Positions 1-13,230 of a stretch of DNA of 64,000 bases are shown one piece after another. The notes below the pieces were generated by a model that was not told the DNA's origin, did no database searches, and worked only from the letters and a program-made list of their open reading frames with translations. Numbering within the stretch: position 1 is the first letter of the stretch; each line of letters begins with the position of its first letter. The translations under genes and the position numbers were made by a program. Where the stretch lies: positions 62,001 through 126,000 of the forward strand of contig KZ538008.1 in the NCBI GenBank assembly GCA_000934665.2, in the 5' to 3' direction. The DNA is from Catajapyx aquilonaris (Eukaryota).

Positions 1-59
1 GTGAAACGGCCTGGCTACAGGCTGGTCTGAATACGTGGGTTGCTCATAAACTGTGTATT

Positions 60-860
60 ATTGGACCACGAGCATGTGTGACCTGTTTATGCAGCAATAC
101 AGCTCGTATGAACTGAAAGGCCAAATTTCCACCTGATTTGAGTTCCTTAAGATCCCCTTAAAGTTCCTTCCGGAGCAGGCTTCATTTGAAGTGGGTTATA
201 CTTCACAAAAAAAAATTTTTTTTGGCCTCCTTCGTTCCCCAAAAAACTCGCCATCTCTAGTTGCTTTTGTTGACTCGCACATCGGAAAATCCGTTTCCTT
301 TAACCGTTCCCTCCCCCCTTGCAGTCGAGTCCTTATCTCTTGGCAGGTTACACGAATGGTTCCCGATGCTGTCCAGGAGCAATTTGGGAGGAGGCCTGAC
401 CTCATTTGGGCTCGGACCCAGCGCTTTTCCCGCACTGCCTGCCGACATTGTTGGCACTATGTCGTTGGAATAGTCAAACCGTCATTTGTAGCGCTCCCTT
501 CGCTCCGAATTGGACTGGCCGGAATCGCCAGGAAGGATCCACTGGGGACCACTTGCAGCATTATACTGCCGCTCTATTATGCCGCCCTATCCTCCCTCCA
601 CAGTTTGCAACGCCCAACAGCTTGATTTCTGCGTGTCAATTGCTCCCAAATAATAAAACCCAGCCGAGCTCGCACCTTAACTTGTGTTCCAGCTCTATTA
701 TGCCCTGGTCCATTGAATTGCCAAGACACGAGCTCCTCTCTGGACCTCACTCTCTCTATAGCGTTTTTTTTGGTGTGCGAAGCCCCAATACCGAGGATAC
801 AATGGAGAAAACCTATTGATTTTCTCATCGGACTGCTCCCTAGCATTCCATAGCGTTTCA
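60..860 (+). mobile_element. pol: R1: decayed Ty3/gypsy integrase relic (probably starts before the window)
   Basis: ACVTCL (~CxxCQ). FFGLLRS..LVAFVDSHIGKSVSF (~FITGLPRS..LVVVDRLTKMAHF). FGRRPDLIWARTQRF (~FGxPdsIvSDRDPRF). SAPFAPNWTG..DHLQHY (~TAYHPQTDG..YLRHY). LPPQFATPNS (~LPLAEFAYNNS). Motifs are colinear but frameshifted. Confidence 0.65.
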
Positions 861-1499
861 TACAGACACTGTACAGATATAGCACGCCCAGATTACATTT
901 CATTGCAGACCACAAAACGAATGCAAATGAAGTCTCGAACGTCAATAACTGGGTTTCGCACTACAAAGAAACTCGCTTCCGAACGTCACAACTGTAATTG
1001 AGGCAAGAAAAGACACTTCTTTTTCTTATCTAAGGCATGAAGGAACGGTTGCAGGAATAGGATATTTTTTTTCTCTACTTCGCATAAAAAGCTGGCATTT
1101 TCGCTGACATTTCCATCCACGTCCTCAATGCTCAAATAAACAGAAACAAACATTTGTAATCGACATGAATGGATATCGGATGCTGATAATTCAATGCAGA
1201 ACTGAAGGTCCAATTGGCAAGTCAAAGGACATCAGAGCCAACAAATAATGCCAAATTTTCATGGATTTCCAACTCCCTATCCACATGCTGCTTCGTTCCA
1301 GGCATAGCTAATTAGCCATAAAATGTCGGGTTAATGCCAACAGGTACAGTACTGTGGTTTTAATCAACGCTACAAATATGTGGCACTTGAATACAAACAA
1401 AACACCTAGGCATTTGTTACTTGAAAATTATTTACTAAATAGGCTTATCATAACAGTTCACAAATCACACACTAGACACAGGTGCAACCGGCCATTACG

Positions 1500-3370
1500 T
1501 GAAATGACCCGTAAGCGATCTTTCAGGAAGGTCCTAGCCATATCCAAATCCGATACTATCCCTACATGAAAAAAATCGATATATTGCATGTCCATCGAGT
1601 CACCCAGGGCTTCAACCTCCAAGATGGGGGGAAAAAAAAGTCTGGACATGTTTTCCAGAAGGGTAGCTGCACCGAATAACAGATTATGCCCTTGTAAAAT
1701 CCCAGAGTCAGGCCTGGCCCCTAACCCTTTATTCATACCAAGTAGGAGGCTGCTGGCTAAGAGAGGTTCCCCCCTACTTTCTTGCTGCAGAGGACGCGGG
1801 TCCTTTTCTGGAAGCCCCCTGCCTTGATTTATGTATTTACCCGGGCAGGAGGGCGTTTTAAGTGATGGGCGTCCGGGTCCCGCAGGCACTAGGAGCAAGT
1901 GACCGCGACAGGAAGGCATCCATCGCTTCATGCACTTGATCCAAGTCGCTGACTTGCCCACAGGCACGAACAACCCATCTTACCCTTGCAACACAACCCG
2001 TTTTCTCACTGCTGCCTTTTCTCACCGCCTCATCAATCCTAAGCTCTCTATCACTCGGGCCAAGAGTACAGGGTGAGACACGGGTTCATTCCGAGACACA
2101 CTGTATGATATACGATCCCCAGCTCCAGAGTGACACGCTCACAAAAGGGAGGCAGAAATATGCAGCACAAGCACAAAAGAGATGTAAGTCTACATCCCGA
2201 GCACTGTTATCCTTCACTCTGACAATGGTGGAAAAAAAAGAGAGGCGGTCAACTCAAAAGGCACAGAGGCGCTTTGTCAGAGATTTTGCTACTCTTTTCC
2301 ACCCATCCCACCCTTACACGTCTCTCTGGAAATCCAACTTGTCCGAGAGCTTTGTTGTTCTTTTAGGCCAGCGCGGAAGAGCTTCTCCGTCTGAAACTTG
2401 CCGTAGACAAACACGCGTTCTCTGGTCCAAAAGCAGTGGAAAATCAATAGACGCGGGGGCTATAATTCAGTCACGTCCTCACCGGAAGATGCTCCTTATG
2501 TGTCCGACCCCCCCGCTTGAAACATATACACCGGGATTTTGGAGACTCAGGGCACGATCCTTGGCAGTGGCCCTCGACATTGAATCAAACTGAACCAAAT
2601 AAGGGTTGCATCATTCAGAGTGGGGAGGAGCTGAATGATAATGCAACAAGTGATGTTGAGCACATGCTTTTACTGGCTAATCAGCCTGACCCAACAGGGT
2701 TGTTAACCCTGTAACACATGCACTAAATGGATGACTGGCAAGGTGTTAGTAAACAATATCCTGCATTATTCCCTCCCTCAAACGGATTGCGTTTTATCTC
2801 ACTTGGGAAATCATCCCTTCTCCCTGCGTATATGAATCCTTTATAAAGCCATGGGATTCGAAGTTGGAGAATGTGGAATCCAAACGCTGGCAGGAATTCC
2901 AATTCTGTTCGCAAAATAGTAAGGAGTCGAAGCAGTATGCACCCTCGCCTTACTAATCATCATTATCATGCAACTACGTTCATATTAAATCAAGTGTACT
3001 AACGGGGATTGGGGGAGAGGACCCCAGCGAGCAAACACCGTGCCCCAATATTCGCTGCAACACCAACTTGGCGGTTGGGCTTGAGCAAAGTTGGTGAGCA
3101 GATGGGACGAATGTCCGGAGTGTCATTTTCGGACGCAAACAAGTGATGGCAATTTTGCTGGCGTCTGATGTGGCTTCCTAGCCAGGAGTTTTTTTTCCAG
3201 CCTCAAATTCCCCGTTTTTTTTTAAAATTCAAGCACGGCTAATGTAGTCGGCGCATGATGCACCGCCAGTATGTGTCTTCCTTACATGATGAGGATTATG
3301 GAAAAACCTACGAGTCCAGTAGCTGCGTGTATGTATACTCTACAAGCTGTAGGTACACGTTGAAATCCCA
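1500..3370 (+). mobile_element. pol: R2: decayed Ty3/gypsy pol relic RT-RNaseH-integrase
   Basis: FRKVLAISKSDTIPT* (~F.DVFSK..AD.LPPH), IPES..PLFIP, AAFSHRLIN (~ATFQRLMN), LYDI (~LDDI, ~2101). RRFVRDFATL..TSLWKSN (~RRFIKDFATIA.PLT.LLKKN). EELND..DVEHM..AN, ECPECH, FQPQIP (~LQPLPIP). Confidence 0.7.
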
Positions 3371-3679
3371 CAAAATTTATGTGCTATAAGGATCGTTATT
3401 TTTCATAATAAAAAAAGAACCTTCCTCAACCTAACCATCAGGCTTCCTCCCAATGCAATTCATAAAACTTAATTCAATCACGGCCTGTTTTGCAAATAAC
3501 GTCTTCCCCAATTTCCTCTCCGCTGACCAAAATCTCATTTTAAAACTTTCCCCCTCGGGCCTCATTTGCCAACCTTCCCCCAAATAAGACGCCATATTTT
3601 GTTTTTTTTTTCCCTTCTTCTACTTTCCCCATCAGCAACCATCCACGCCTCAAGCCTGGTGTACACTTTCTCTCAGATC

Positions 3680-4640
3680 CTAATTAGTCCCCTGAAAAGG
3701 CTGCCAGTTGGTTAAAAAGCCCTGTCAAACCCACGGCATATTATTCTGTTTCCGAAACCTACCCTTCCCTTTTTGTCTGGATCAACTCCCATCGGATACA
3801 CTCATTAGTGAAATCGTGCGGATGTTTCTTGGCCGGAATTTCGCTCCTTTTCACGGAACTGGCTAAAATGGCATGAAACCCTCGTGAATCCCGGTCCGCA
3901 TCAATCAAATGTAATCCGACGCCAGTGAGATGCGATTGCAAACAAACCGAGCAAGTGCAAACTGCTCCTAAAATTTGTTTGCGTCTCTCCCTTCAAACGG
4001 GACGACACCCTCAAAAGAAGAATGATATAAGAAAAAAGGTGCACTTCGACATTCTAAGAAAGTAGCCAGACGTAATCTTATTATTCTGCTTCTGGGTGGT
4101 TGGATGGAGGAAGGGCTCATATTCTAGGCAATCATCCTAAACATCCCGAAGGGCGTGTCGTTATCCAAGAAACAATTACTATTCTCTGTCGGCTATAAAG
4201 CCAAGCTACTCCCCGTTACTAAGCCCTGTTGACGCAAGGCCTGATTTATGGAAGCATTCGCGTCTTGGTAAACACAAGGCCAGCCACATGGAAGCCCTCC
4301 ACTCTTGCCAGCCCAAGTCCCCCCCAGCCTATGAAAGGGTTAATAAACGCGCTATGCGACGTCCTAAACCAAAACGTCATTTTCATACTCCGTGTTCCTA
4401 AATTAGCAGCTAGGAAAAATGCAAATTAGAACCAGTCTAATTTGTCTCCTCTAAAATATGCTTCCAGAAATTGTCATTCTGGATTCTTTTATTGCTTGAT
4501 GGCTCAGAGCTTCAGCAAAAATGCTAAATTTCGAGGCAAAATGGCCATGTTATTTTTCTGAGCTATAATGACTTCCTGGTATATTACGTCGAATATGTTA
4601 AAGAGCTTGGTGGCTACAAGGGGAGTCAGCGGCCAGTTGC
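3680..4640 (+). mobile_element. pol: R3: decayed Ty3/gypsy RT-RNaseH relic
   Basis: SP*..LVKKP..FRNL, CLDQL, QTAPKI (~NAP.IF), RDDTL (~LDDIL, ~4000), VGYKAKLLP..KP. TLASPSPPQPMKGLINALCDVLNQ (~VLA.PD.SKPF.L.TDA..GAVL.Q). AKWPCYFSE, VEYVK. Confidence 0.55.
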
Positions 4641-5399
4641 TATAATGGGCCATAATAGTCTAAAATGTTGCTGAAGCTAACTGCAATGTACAGTACAACT
4701 TGTATTACAGTAATCTGCTGTATAAGCTTGTACTGTAAAAGAATAGATGAATGCATATAGTGCAATGCACTCATCTCTGCTTGTACAGTACAAGCCTATA
4801 CAGTAACCAAGTCGAGGTTACTGACTTTCGTTGCAGTAAAAAAAAATTCCACAATGTGCTAAATGCAAGTTTTCAATCATAGTTTCCGGCAGTAGACTGG
4901 AAGATCAGCAATACCAGCTTCGAAGTAAAGATGGCGCTGGAGGAAAGCCTTGGGTAGCCTTGGGTAAAGAAAGCAAGAGGAGGCCTGAATCTGCACGTCC
5001 TCGGCCTGCAACGCAAACACTTCTCTACCTCCCCGGCTTGATGACGTTGGCGAAAGGAATAGGAAAAACTGCCCCCGCCTCCCACCAATCTCTCCCTCAT
5101 CCCACCCACCTAAACCCTCTTCCAATTCCCTTTTCATTGCTCTTCTGCAAAAGTGATGCGTTGTTTCTGCTAAGTGTGCGCTTACAACAAGAGGTCGACC
5201 GCGCCTGCTGAAAATATTTGGCCAAAGCAGCGAGCTCCAGAAGTGCTCCTTCATCCTCCTCCTCTCTCCACTTCTCCTTCCCTATACACTGCTACCGACG
5301 TGTACTCTCCGGTACCAGAAAACGGGGAGGAGGGGATGGAAGAGGGCATGCTATTTTTTTATTATTCCGCCTCCACTTTCTACCAGCCGCAGCCCTACT

Positions 5400-8150
5400 T
5401 GGCCGACTCGAGAGTCTGGTTAATCAAAGTCCAATTCTGTCCTAATGATGAAGGAGTTAACCTTTGATTAGTCGCTGCACACTGGGGATGGCACATAATT
5501 TGCTAAAGATTGCTCTGACTGCCTCTACATTGATATAGAGTGACAATGCTTATGACACCCGTCGCACCCACTAGTCGAAGTTTGGGCCAGTTGTGATGTC
5601 CGCCAGTAGGAGTGCAGGAGCCTGAGGAGGACACTGAAGTTTGTACTCACTGTCAGTTCTATAGCAGCCTCGATTGAGCTCGCTGGAATAAGCAAGTTGT
5701 CTGCAATGCGAGTGATCCGGTGGGGGTCAGATAGAATGAACTAAGTTACGTACAACGTCATTTGATCACATCCTTTATCCACGATACGGGTGATGTCTTT
5801 GTCGCAACGTAGGTCCGATGATCGGACAATCAGCTGAATGTTGAGTGAATCTCGTTAGAGGGCGAATCCCCCAATCTAGTAGGGTTTTGTCGGAAGGTCA
5901 ATTCCTCACATAGACCTTTAAGTTGTTTACAACTGTGGTATGCACTGCCTTCCAGGGTAATTACCGAGCTATCTGAAATCCGATTTCCTTCCGACATAAT
6001 GTAACGTTCGTAAAGTTCGCATGGTATATCTGAAATTCTCTGGCACACTCGAGAGGAAAAATCCTCAAAGTGGCTGTAAAGGGATCTCATTGCGTTTCGC
6101 CTCTTCCGTCCCTATCCTCCGCCTTCTCCAAATACTCTACTTCTCCTAACAACCTTTTGATTCATTCTAGCAAGCAACTCATCGTATTACTTACATCAAG
6201 TGCTCCACTTGGCTTCAGACCAAATCAAGGCAGCATCTAACAAGTGATTTTTTTTGTCCCTTCAACTCGAACTCTGACCTAAGCAATTATACGGAATTCT
6301 GCAAAGCTATATCCGAATGTTTCTTAAATTCTACAAGTGCTGCACCCAGCGGCTCTCCTGCCAACGAAATCTCCCATCTTGTTCCAATTTGTCTACTTTC
6401 CCCTCCAAGGAACGCTCGTCCTCCCACCCTCACCCTGGACGCTCGATTGCCGATATTTACCCAGGCAAAATCCCTCTGTCTATTACTTTGAAATTTCCGA
6501 AAATCCAATCATCCGGGAGAGGCGCAGCAAAGATCCCCAAGAAATCAATTCCCACAACTCTTCGCTACCGTGATTGATCCTCCGAGATCTCCCACGACGA
6601 AGCCAGTTTCTCAGGTGTAGACTCAAAAGACGTGCTTGTCCGATAAGATGAAATGAGCCTTGCCAATCTATCCTCCCCCTCTTTTCAGCAAATGTGAGCG
6701 CTTCACTCCCTAACCCCACAGCGCTGGCCAAATACCTTTCCATCTTTGCTCAATTTATATTCGCTGTTCCTGTTCAATAAAGGGCTTTTCCACGTGGATA
6801 CAGCGATTTTTTGAAGCGAGAAAGGAAGGTTGGGGGTATTGGTCGACACAGCTGGAAAATATCTCGGACAGCATTCAAGTGCAAATTTGCCAACCCGCGG
6901 CGGCGGTTTTCCTGAGCGCTGGATAACGTTTCGTTCGGGTCTAATCCTAACGTAGGTCGACACGGCTATGGGCTCTCCTCGAATAAAAATATGCAACCAA
7001 AATACACCGACTCGGCAGGAATTAAGTCCCGGTTTCATGATGCGATGCTAAAAGGGCTTACTGGGCATTATTCGAGTGGAATCGTTATTTCCACTGTTCC
7101 GCCCACTCCGGAATGAAGGTGTGGAAATTATTGAAACATCAAATGTACCTAGAAAAGTCCTTCGTAAGCAGATATTTCCTCCCCTCCATTATCTCTTCCA
7201 TGTCGAACCATCTATTGTACCACACTCGGTTCCAACCCATTTTTTCATATGCACTAGCTACTCCACATTGTTATTCAGCTTCCTATGCACCAGCCATTGT
7301 CCTCTTTTTCCACGATACATAATAGTCGAGGGCTGCAACCCTACAAGTTATGACAGATTCCTGAAATTCTCAAGACGCTCTGTTGCCTCCGGAGAATTTC
7401 CTCTGCCGAGTTTTACATCATTCTTCTACCCGGTAGCGAACTCTTGACATTCCTTAGAGAGACTCAAGCTTCCGATACCAGCGGCATTATAATGGCGTCG
7501 CCGTGTGGGAGACTTCAAATCCCACCCACCTCCCCCCTTAATATTTTGACAATCGCAACGTTATAATTTCACCGGATAATTCATCATGGGAGCCTGCTTG
7601 CTGCGACAACGCTGCCGGAATTGAAGAGTACATTAGTACGTATACTCCCCCCCCCCCCTCCCCCACAGATCTGTCACCAGGCAGTTAGGCATTCTGAATC
7701 TGAATTAAACTTCCGGAGAGTTAGCCGCCGCTCACAGCAGGCGAAAGTCTCCCGGATGCAGATTTGGAGGAAAAAAAGAGACAGGCAATCGCCGTACGAA
7801 TCCTCCGAAATGATCCCATATATTTATTGCGCGCGGCACTTGCTGACAATTACCAGAAGCACATTGGATTAACGGTCGTTAGCAAGGGGCCACCGCTGGC
7901 TGCCGGCCAACTAGACGGAACAAGAACCGAATACTGTACTGCGACTCAAACTAGCCAAATTCTCTTTTTCCTTCGGACACTTTAGTTAAACTGCGCCTCT
8001 TCTGCTTGATATATCGCTTATTGGGAACATAGATTAAGCTTGGAAGAGAATATGGGCAAGTACACTATCCAACAGTGGTGGCATCCACTAGATGGGTGTT
8101 GGCACTGACAAGGCAGAGTGACGTCACAGCTGTACTTCATATACCGATTT
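5400..8150 (-). mobile_element. pol: R4: decayed Ty3/gypsy pol relic PR(?)-RT-RNaseH-integrase
   Basis: Protease-like VTSLCLVSANTHLVDATTV and IYVPN (~8130-8010, weak). RT: WKKR..G, MEEIMEGRKYLLTKDF, IRPE..KPPPRV. RNaseH: LASAVGLGS (~DASAVGLGA), HLIGQARLLS..RNW, RWVQHL, KKNHLLDA. Integrase: SSRVCQR, LPWKAVHT, EQSLANYV..SD*SK (~EQYLR.YV..DW). Confidence 0.7.
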
Positions 8151-8439
8151 GTGGAGAGGTTCAGAGTACATGATGGTTGGACCATGCCCCACCAATGCAA
8201 TGTGTGGGAACCCATAATTGCGCCTGGTTCCATATGAGCCCCTCTCTACTAGATGTTTCATTCGTTCCATATTCAAGGCACAGACTGGCTGAATTGGGAG
8301 GTGTTTCGGATCATTGTCTCACGGAATTGGGTCCGGTCCTTCCAAGACACTGAAGGGAAATGAGGGTGGCGCAATTTATCGGTTCCAAACGGCGCCATTT
8401 CTTTGCATTTCTCATCTCAATTCTGCGCGCGTAATGGAA

Positions 8440-8930
8440 ACGCCAGGCACGTCTCAGTTATTATGATAGCACACGCGGACTTGCAAAGTTTGCGTGTTTT
8501 GGGACACGTAACACAGTGCCACCCAGCAGCTTCTCAGCTTGCACCTTTGGCCGGGAGTATTATGCAGTCTGAAGAAAAAGTACACTCAGAGAGTAGCTGC
8601 GTTTCCATGCATTCCGAGTCGCTTCTATATGTACGAAAGAAGAGGTTAAAGGAGAGCCCCGCCCAGAATTTCCTTCTTAAAGTTGGCAGTAAAAAAAAAG
8701 GACGCAAAAAGAAAGCAAGTTTCTGGTCTAAAACTCGACAGACCAACAACGTCTGCTTCGATTCCCTCCAAGTATAAAGTCCCTCAGTTTCTTTGTTCAA
8801 ATCCCTCAAAAAATTCAAGGCAGCGGAAGAAACAGTCCAAAGGAAAGCACAACTTTGCTGCGCTTCTTTTTTCGTAACGAACATGGTTATATCTGCAGAT
8901 GTATAGGATATGATCGAGAGGAGTTACGAA
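8440..8930 (-). mobile_element. pol: R5: decayed Ty3/gypsy reverse transcriptase fragment
   Basis: MFVTKK, RDLNKET (~YRDLNKVT), LRRKFWA (~LRSGFWQ), FRTYRSDSE (~FRTRYGHYE). VCYHNN at 8457-8468 (~VYLDD, AAT AAC from GAT GAC). Confidence 0.55.
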
Positions 8931-10049
8931 CTTGCCAAAAACACTTGCCATAAAAATACACAAAGGCCTACATAGTCTGGTTAACGCTCCCTGCGGCTTC
9001 TTTTCTTTCTATCTCTCCTAGCAACCGTACCAAGTCGTTTGCAACAAGAAATGGCAATGCCTTTCAAGCATAGTATTAAAGTCTGAGTCCACCCTAATAG
9101 GATTACATTTTGCTGTCAGCTAGCAAACTATACTTTTGGCAAGCAACCGTCCCTCATTATGCGCAGTATACATGGCTTCAAAGGAAGAAAAATATAAGCA
9201 CACACTCCTCAGGTTTACCAGAGCAAATAATGCCGAGTCATTACAGTCATAACGCATATAACAAACCGCATCAAAAAAAGTTGTACCTAAAGGCCCTCAG
9301 CTGTTGCTAAACAAGCGACGTATTTCGTTAAGTTGGCGAAACTGTAATCCTCTTCGGAGAGCAAAATCCCATAACAAACCGCAGCACCAGGTTGGAACGC
9401 TGCTTCAAATCTACAACACTAGACTTAGGTCAACTATGTACTCCAGTTAGGATTTCACAAATTGGTAAAGACCTCCAGATTACTGACCCCTAAGTGACCA
9501 GCCAGCCATTTTCTTAAAAAAAAACAGCCCGCAGTTTGTAAAAAATTCGCAGCCTCCTAAAGATCGCCGCATTCATCATCTCCTTGAGTCCACTTGATGG
9601 CTACTGTGAAACGCCATCATTCCTCAACCGTGGTGACGGCCACAACAGCTGCCCAGAACCTGACGTTCATAAATTGCTACGAAAAGGAGCGTAATTTACC
9701 GGGCCCCCCACCCCTCCAAACACGAGCGACAGTTTGTAAAGAGACAGGCGTCGCCGGGACCAAACCCTACTCAATCTCCACGTGCTGTTGAGTTTCTAAA
9801 AGCTTCCAAAGTTCCCATCTGTGAATAGCACTCTTTTTTTTTTCCTCGCATTTCTTTGGTGCACTGCCGAGTTCATACTGCCCTTCCACCTGAATTCGCT
9901 CGGAATGATCTATATCCACGTCAACTTGCAATTTTCTTCTTTTTCTTGTGTGTGCCAGCCGAATTGAAGCTGCTTATGCAAACGAATGAAGTGTTTTGCA
10001 TTTGAATTTTACGCCGGTTGGTCCCCACCTGCTTAGCGTGAAATGGAAT

Positions 10050-10700
10050 TCAACATCCGCTTGGCTTTCAAAGATGTATGCGTTCTGTCTCGGCCGGGGA
10101 TATATGAGAACTAAACCGCAAACTCCATCGGAAAAAAGGAAACCCAGCCCAATTCGCCTTCTCAATTGGTTTGTATAATAATTTGAACCAAAATGGACAT
10201 TAACGTGAGTCAGGCGACGGGTTAAAAAGGGGGCAAAGGTTATGCATTTCCCACAGGCAATCATCATGCAAATGGACCGGTATTTATGCAGTCTGCCCAG
10301 GGATTTCTCGCAACCTTTCTCCAACCTAATTAGAACTTTTCCCCACCCGCTCCTCCCCTTTGTTTATACAGTATTTCCAATGTTCCGCCGAGAACTCGCT
10401 CCTCTGCCTATTTGTTGGTTTGCACAAGCTAGAGCGCATATCTCAGCCACACCTTCAATACTGCATGAAACTCGAGTAATTTGCCCAGAATTGAGGCTTG
10501 TTTGGATCAACTAACCCAGATATGGAGCAGAGAAACACTGCTTGCATACCGAGTGTTTGCTGCACATTGCTGGCGGTTACCTTGCTTCCTGTTATGCTCG
10601 CAAATACCGGGAATCGCTAAACCGAGCCTTTTCTTTTCATTCATGTGGAGAGATTATACGCAGAGGGTGTCTGTTACAGAAACAAACATGGGTATCTTCA
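10050..10700 (+). mobile_element. pol: R6: decayed Ty3/gypsy reverse transcriptase fragment
   Basis: AFCL..ELNR, I*TKMDI (~IFTKLDI), PLLPFVY, IPGIAKP..FMW (~IPNFAKIAKPL..F.W). Weaker than its neighbours. Confidence 0.4.
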
Positions 10701-11369
10701 AACGAATGAGGTACACAAAAATTCGAAAACACACGAGCTTTGCTTTCCCATGAATTGAAATTTTTTTCTGACGCTGGAAAACGGCATCCTATATTAGCAG
10801 CAGTTTGTAAACACCTATCTACAGGGCCTACAGTCATAGCTAATTAATAATATAGCTTTGTTTGCTGTTATCCTTGCTGTGATTAAACTCAGCCATAAGC
10901 AGTTAACGTTCTATTTGCTACTGAATTGTTATAGGTGGTCACAGATACTTTTTGGCGAATTTTATATTCACCCGTTCGCTGCTGTTTGAAATTCAACCAA
11001 TGGGTGGGATGATCTATTAAGAGTACGAACTCACTATGCTATAAAAAAGCGACATTCCAAAATCTACACCCCCACATTGTGGGTGTAAGCGCTCAAATCA
11101 AGTTTTCATTCCAGTCACACAATTCCCTGTACTCCAAAAAATGAAACCGTCATGCCAAATGCAGTGGATGACCTCCAACAGCCCCTTTTATTGCAGTGCT
11201 CTACAGTACATTCGCAAATACACCAACGAGCCAGTAAACAATTTCTGAATCGGAATCTACGACCGGCCCCACAATTCCATTACCCCGCAAATGCAGCATA
11301 CTCTATTCAGCAGATAGTCATCAAGTTTTAAGCGTGGACTGACATTTTAATTCCCTGAAGCCCCAGGCT

Positions 11370-13230
11370 TTCGCGGCCCGCCAAAGACGAAACTGCAAGG
11401 CCGAGAGCGGACCTCAGCTTTTCCTCCCAGCCTCTATCCAGAGGCGAACAACCTTCCAAATCGGCCTAATCGCAACCAAAGTCCACTCTCATCCTCCCCT
11501 ATTAATTCCTCCCGGTACAAACCTAAGCACTGTGCACAACCCCAAGTCCCTGCGTTTCGATTTCGGTATGGCCCCCGAGTCGGCGAGTAACCCAAACCTC
11601 AACCGGGCGCTAAACCTTGCAGTAGGACCACTTTCGCAAAACTATGCGAATAATAGCAAAGGTCGATTTTCATTCAGGCCCGTTCCCCAACTTCCAGACC
11701 CACGCGATGCAAAAGCAGAAAATAAAGCCTCTCATCTGTCCAGCGGGCACATGACGATGTTACACGGATGGAATGCGCCTGGCAAATCCTGCAAAGGCAC
11801 TTGCTTTTGGATGTCCGGTGTATGGGGAGGGAAGTCTCGAGGGGGCACCGCGAAAATGTGCCCCGTCCTTTTCCTTCTGGGACAGCAGAAAAGCAGGCGG
11901 CATCCACCTCTGAATTTCAAAAGGAGCTTCCCTTTGTGGCACGAATGCTGATTCCGCAAGTTTCTCCAGACATCTTTCCTTTTCCCAGCTCTGAACCAGG
12001 CCTTACCTCGAGTTGGACGGCTTGGGACTTTGGGTTAACAAGCACTGTGCAACTCATATAGCCTGCAGTGGCGCTGGTGCTTTACATCAGCATACTGGAC
12101 AGGCCTTACTGGTACAGAAACTGGAAATGTCGTGAGATTCGGCCTCCCAGGTCATTTCTGTTGACCCCACAGTCACTCGCTGTCCAACGGGTTCAAACAA
12201 CTAGCCTCGTGCCCAACTGTCTCACGACTACTTACAACCTCAAGCCGACACTGCCATCTCTTGGCAAAACTTCCACCTCACTACTCACTCTAACTGGATG
12301 CAGCGAAGAAGTTTATTTCACGCCAACCTAATTCCGTCATGTTGATGTTGACAATCATCACGTAAGTTGGCAATACCCATGCAAATGACAGACATCGCCG
12401 GTGGCTCCGGCTCTCTCATCACAGTGATGTACTGTACATCCTAGGGAATTCTACATCTAAAGTGCAAACGCGTATTTGCCCACAAAAGGCTCGCACTGAA
12501 GCGGTCAGGAACACAAACCACGCCGAAGTTGGCCTTCTCCAATAGAACCAGGTACATATAGTGGAAAGGCTGCTATGCTTCTCGAGTCTGAGGAATTCCT
12601 CGCGGCCCATTAACGAAGCAAAGCCCGCGGGGATTAAGCAAGGAACGGAGGTTTGACATCCGTCAAGGCACCGAGAGCGTCAACAAAGTCCCCGAGTTTG
12701 CCAGAGTTTGGGGCACGTCGCCAGGAAGGAACTCGCCTGGGAAGAGGGGGGAATGGAGAAAAACCGGGAGTGAAGGCCTATGCATCTCATCCTTTCATCT
12801 CGTGAAGCAGCGTACAAGGCCTGAAGCAGGCCCCCAAGTTTAAAGTTAGGCTAGAGAAGAGAAAAAAAGGAAGTTTGGCCGGGTCAAAAGCCGGTTTGTG
12901 TGCGCCACACGTAGGGAAAGGTCAGGAAGCCTGCGCCTGGGTACGTCATGCCCCCGAAATTAGCATCATATCTGCAAATGGAACGCGGTTTTACGATTGG
13001 GAATGAGAGACAGGAACCGAATAAATGCGCCATATCCTGGGGATATTTGCAAGTAAATCCATTTTGTGATATTATGATGTAATTCAAACGCACTAAAATT
13101 GAATTATGACTCAAATAAATTACCCTGCCTTTGACAGCCTCGAGCATTTTGAATGGGCGCATACACTTCGTAACACTTGGGTCGTATTCGGAGTATGCCA
13201 CTATCGAACCAAGTCTGTGTGCAGGATTCT
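11370..13230 (+). mobile_element. pol: R7: decayed Ty3/gypsy pol relic RT-RNaseH-integrase
   Basis: ADLS..Q..GE..KSA, FGMA..LNRAL, YANN at 11643-11654 (~YVDD), SGHM. TAWDFGL..VQ (~DASDFGLGAVLQ), SWQNF, GLLQ*NQVHI, AAH*RSKARG, VPEFARV. IISANGTRF at 12965-12991 (~IISDNGTQF), LEHFEWAH (~L..EFAY). Confidence 0.7.

Noticed and set aside
2694..2712. Short hairpins (ACAGGGTT-gtt-AACCCTGT; also GTCCGAT-g-ATCGGAC at ~5813)
   Set aside because: Arms of 7-8 bp are expected by chance in 64 kb, and there is no terminator or TIR context.
5450..6200. Apparent minus-strand spliced host gene with short fungal-style introns (GTAAGT, GTACGT, GTGAGT donors; CTAAC/CTGAC branch-like sites)
   Set aside because: Unspliced translation gives colinear integrase motifs in line with the upstream RT and RNaseH (R4). 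The spliced product has stops and no recognisable family.
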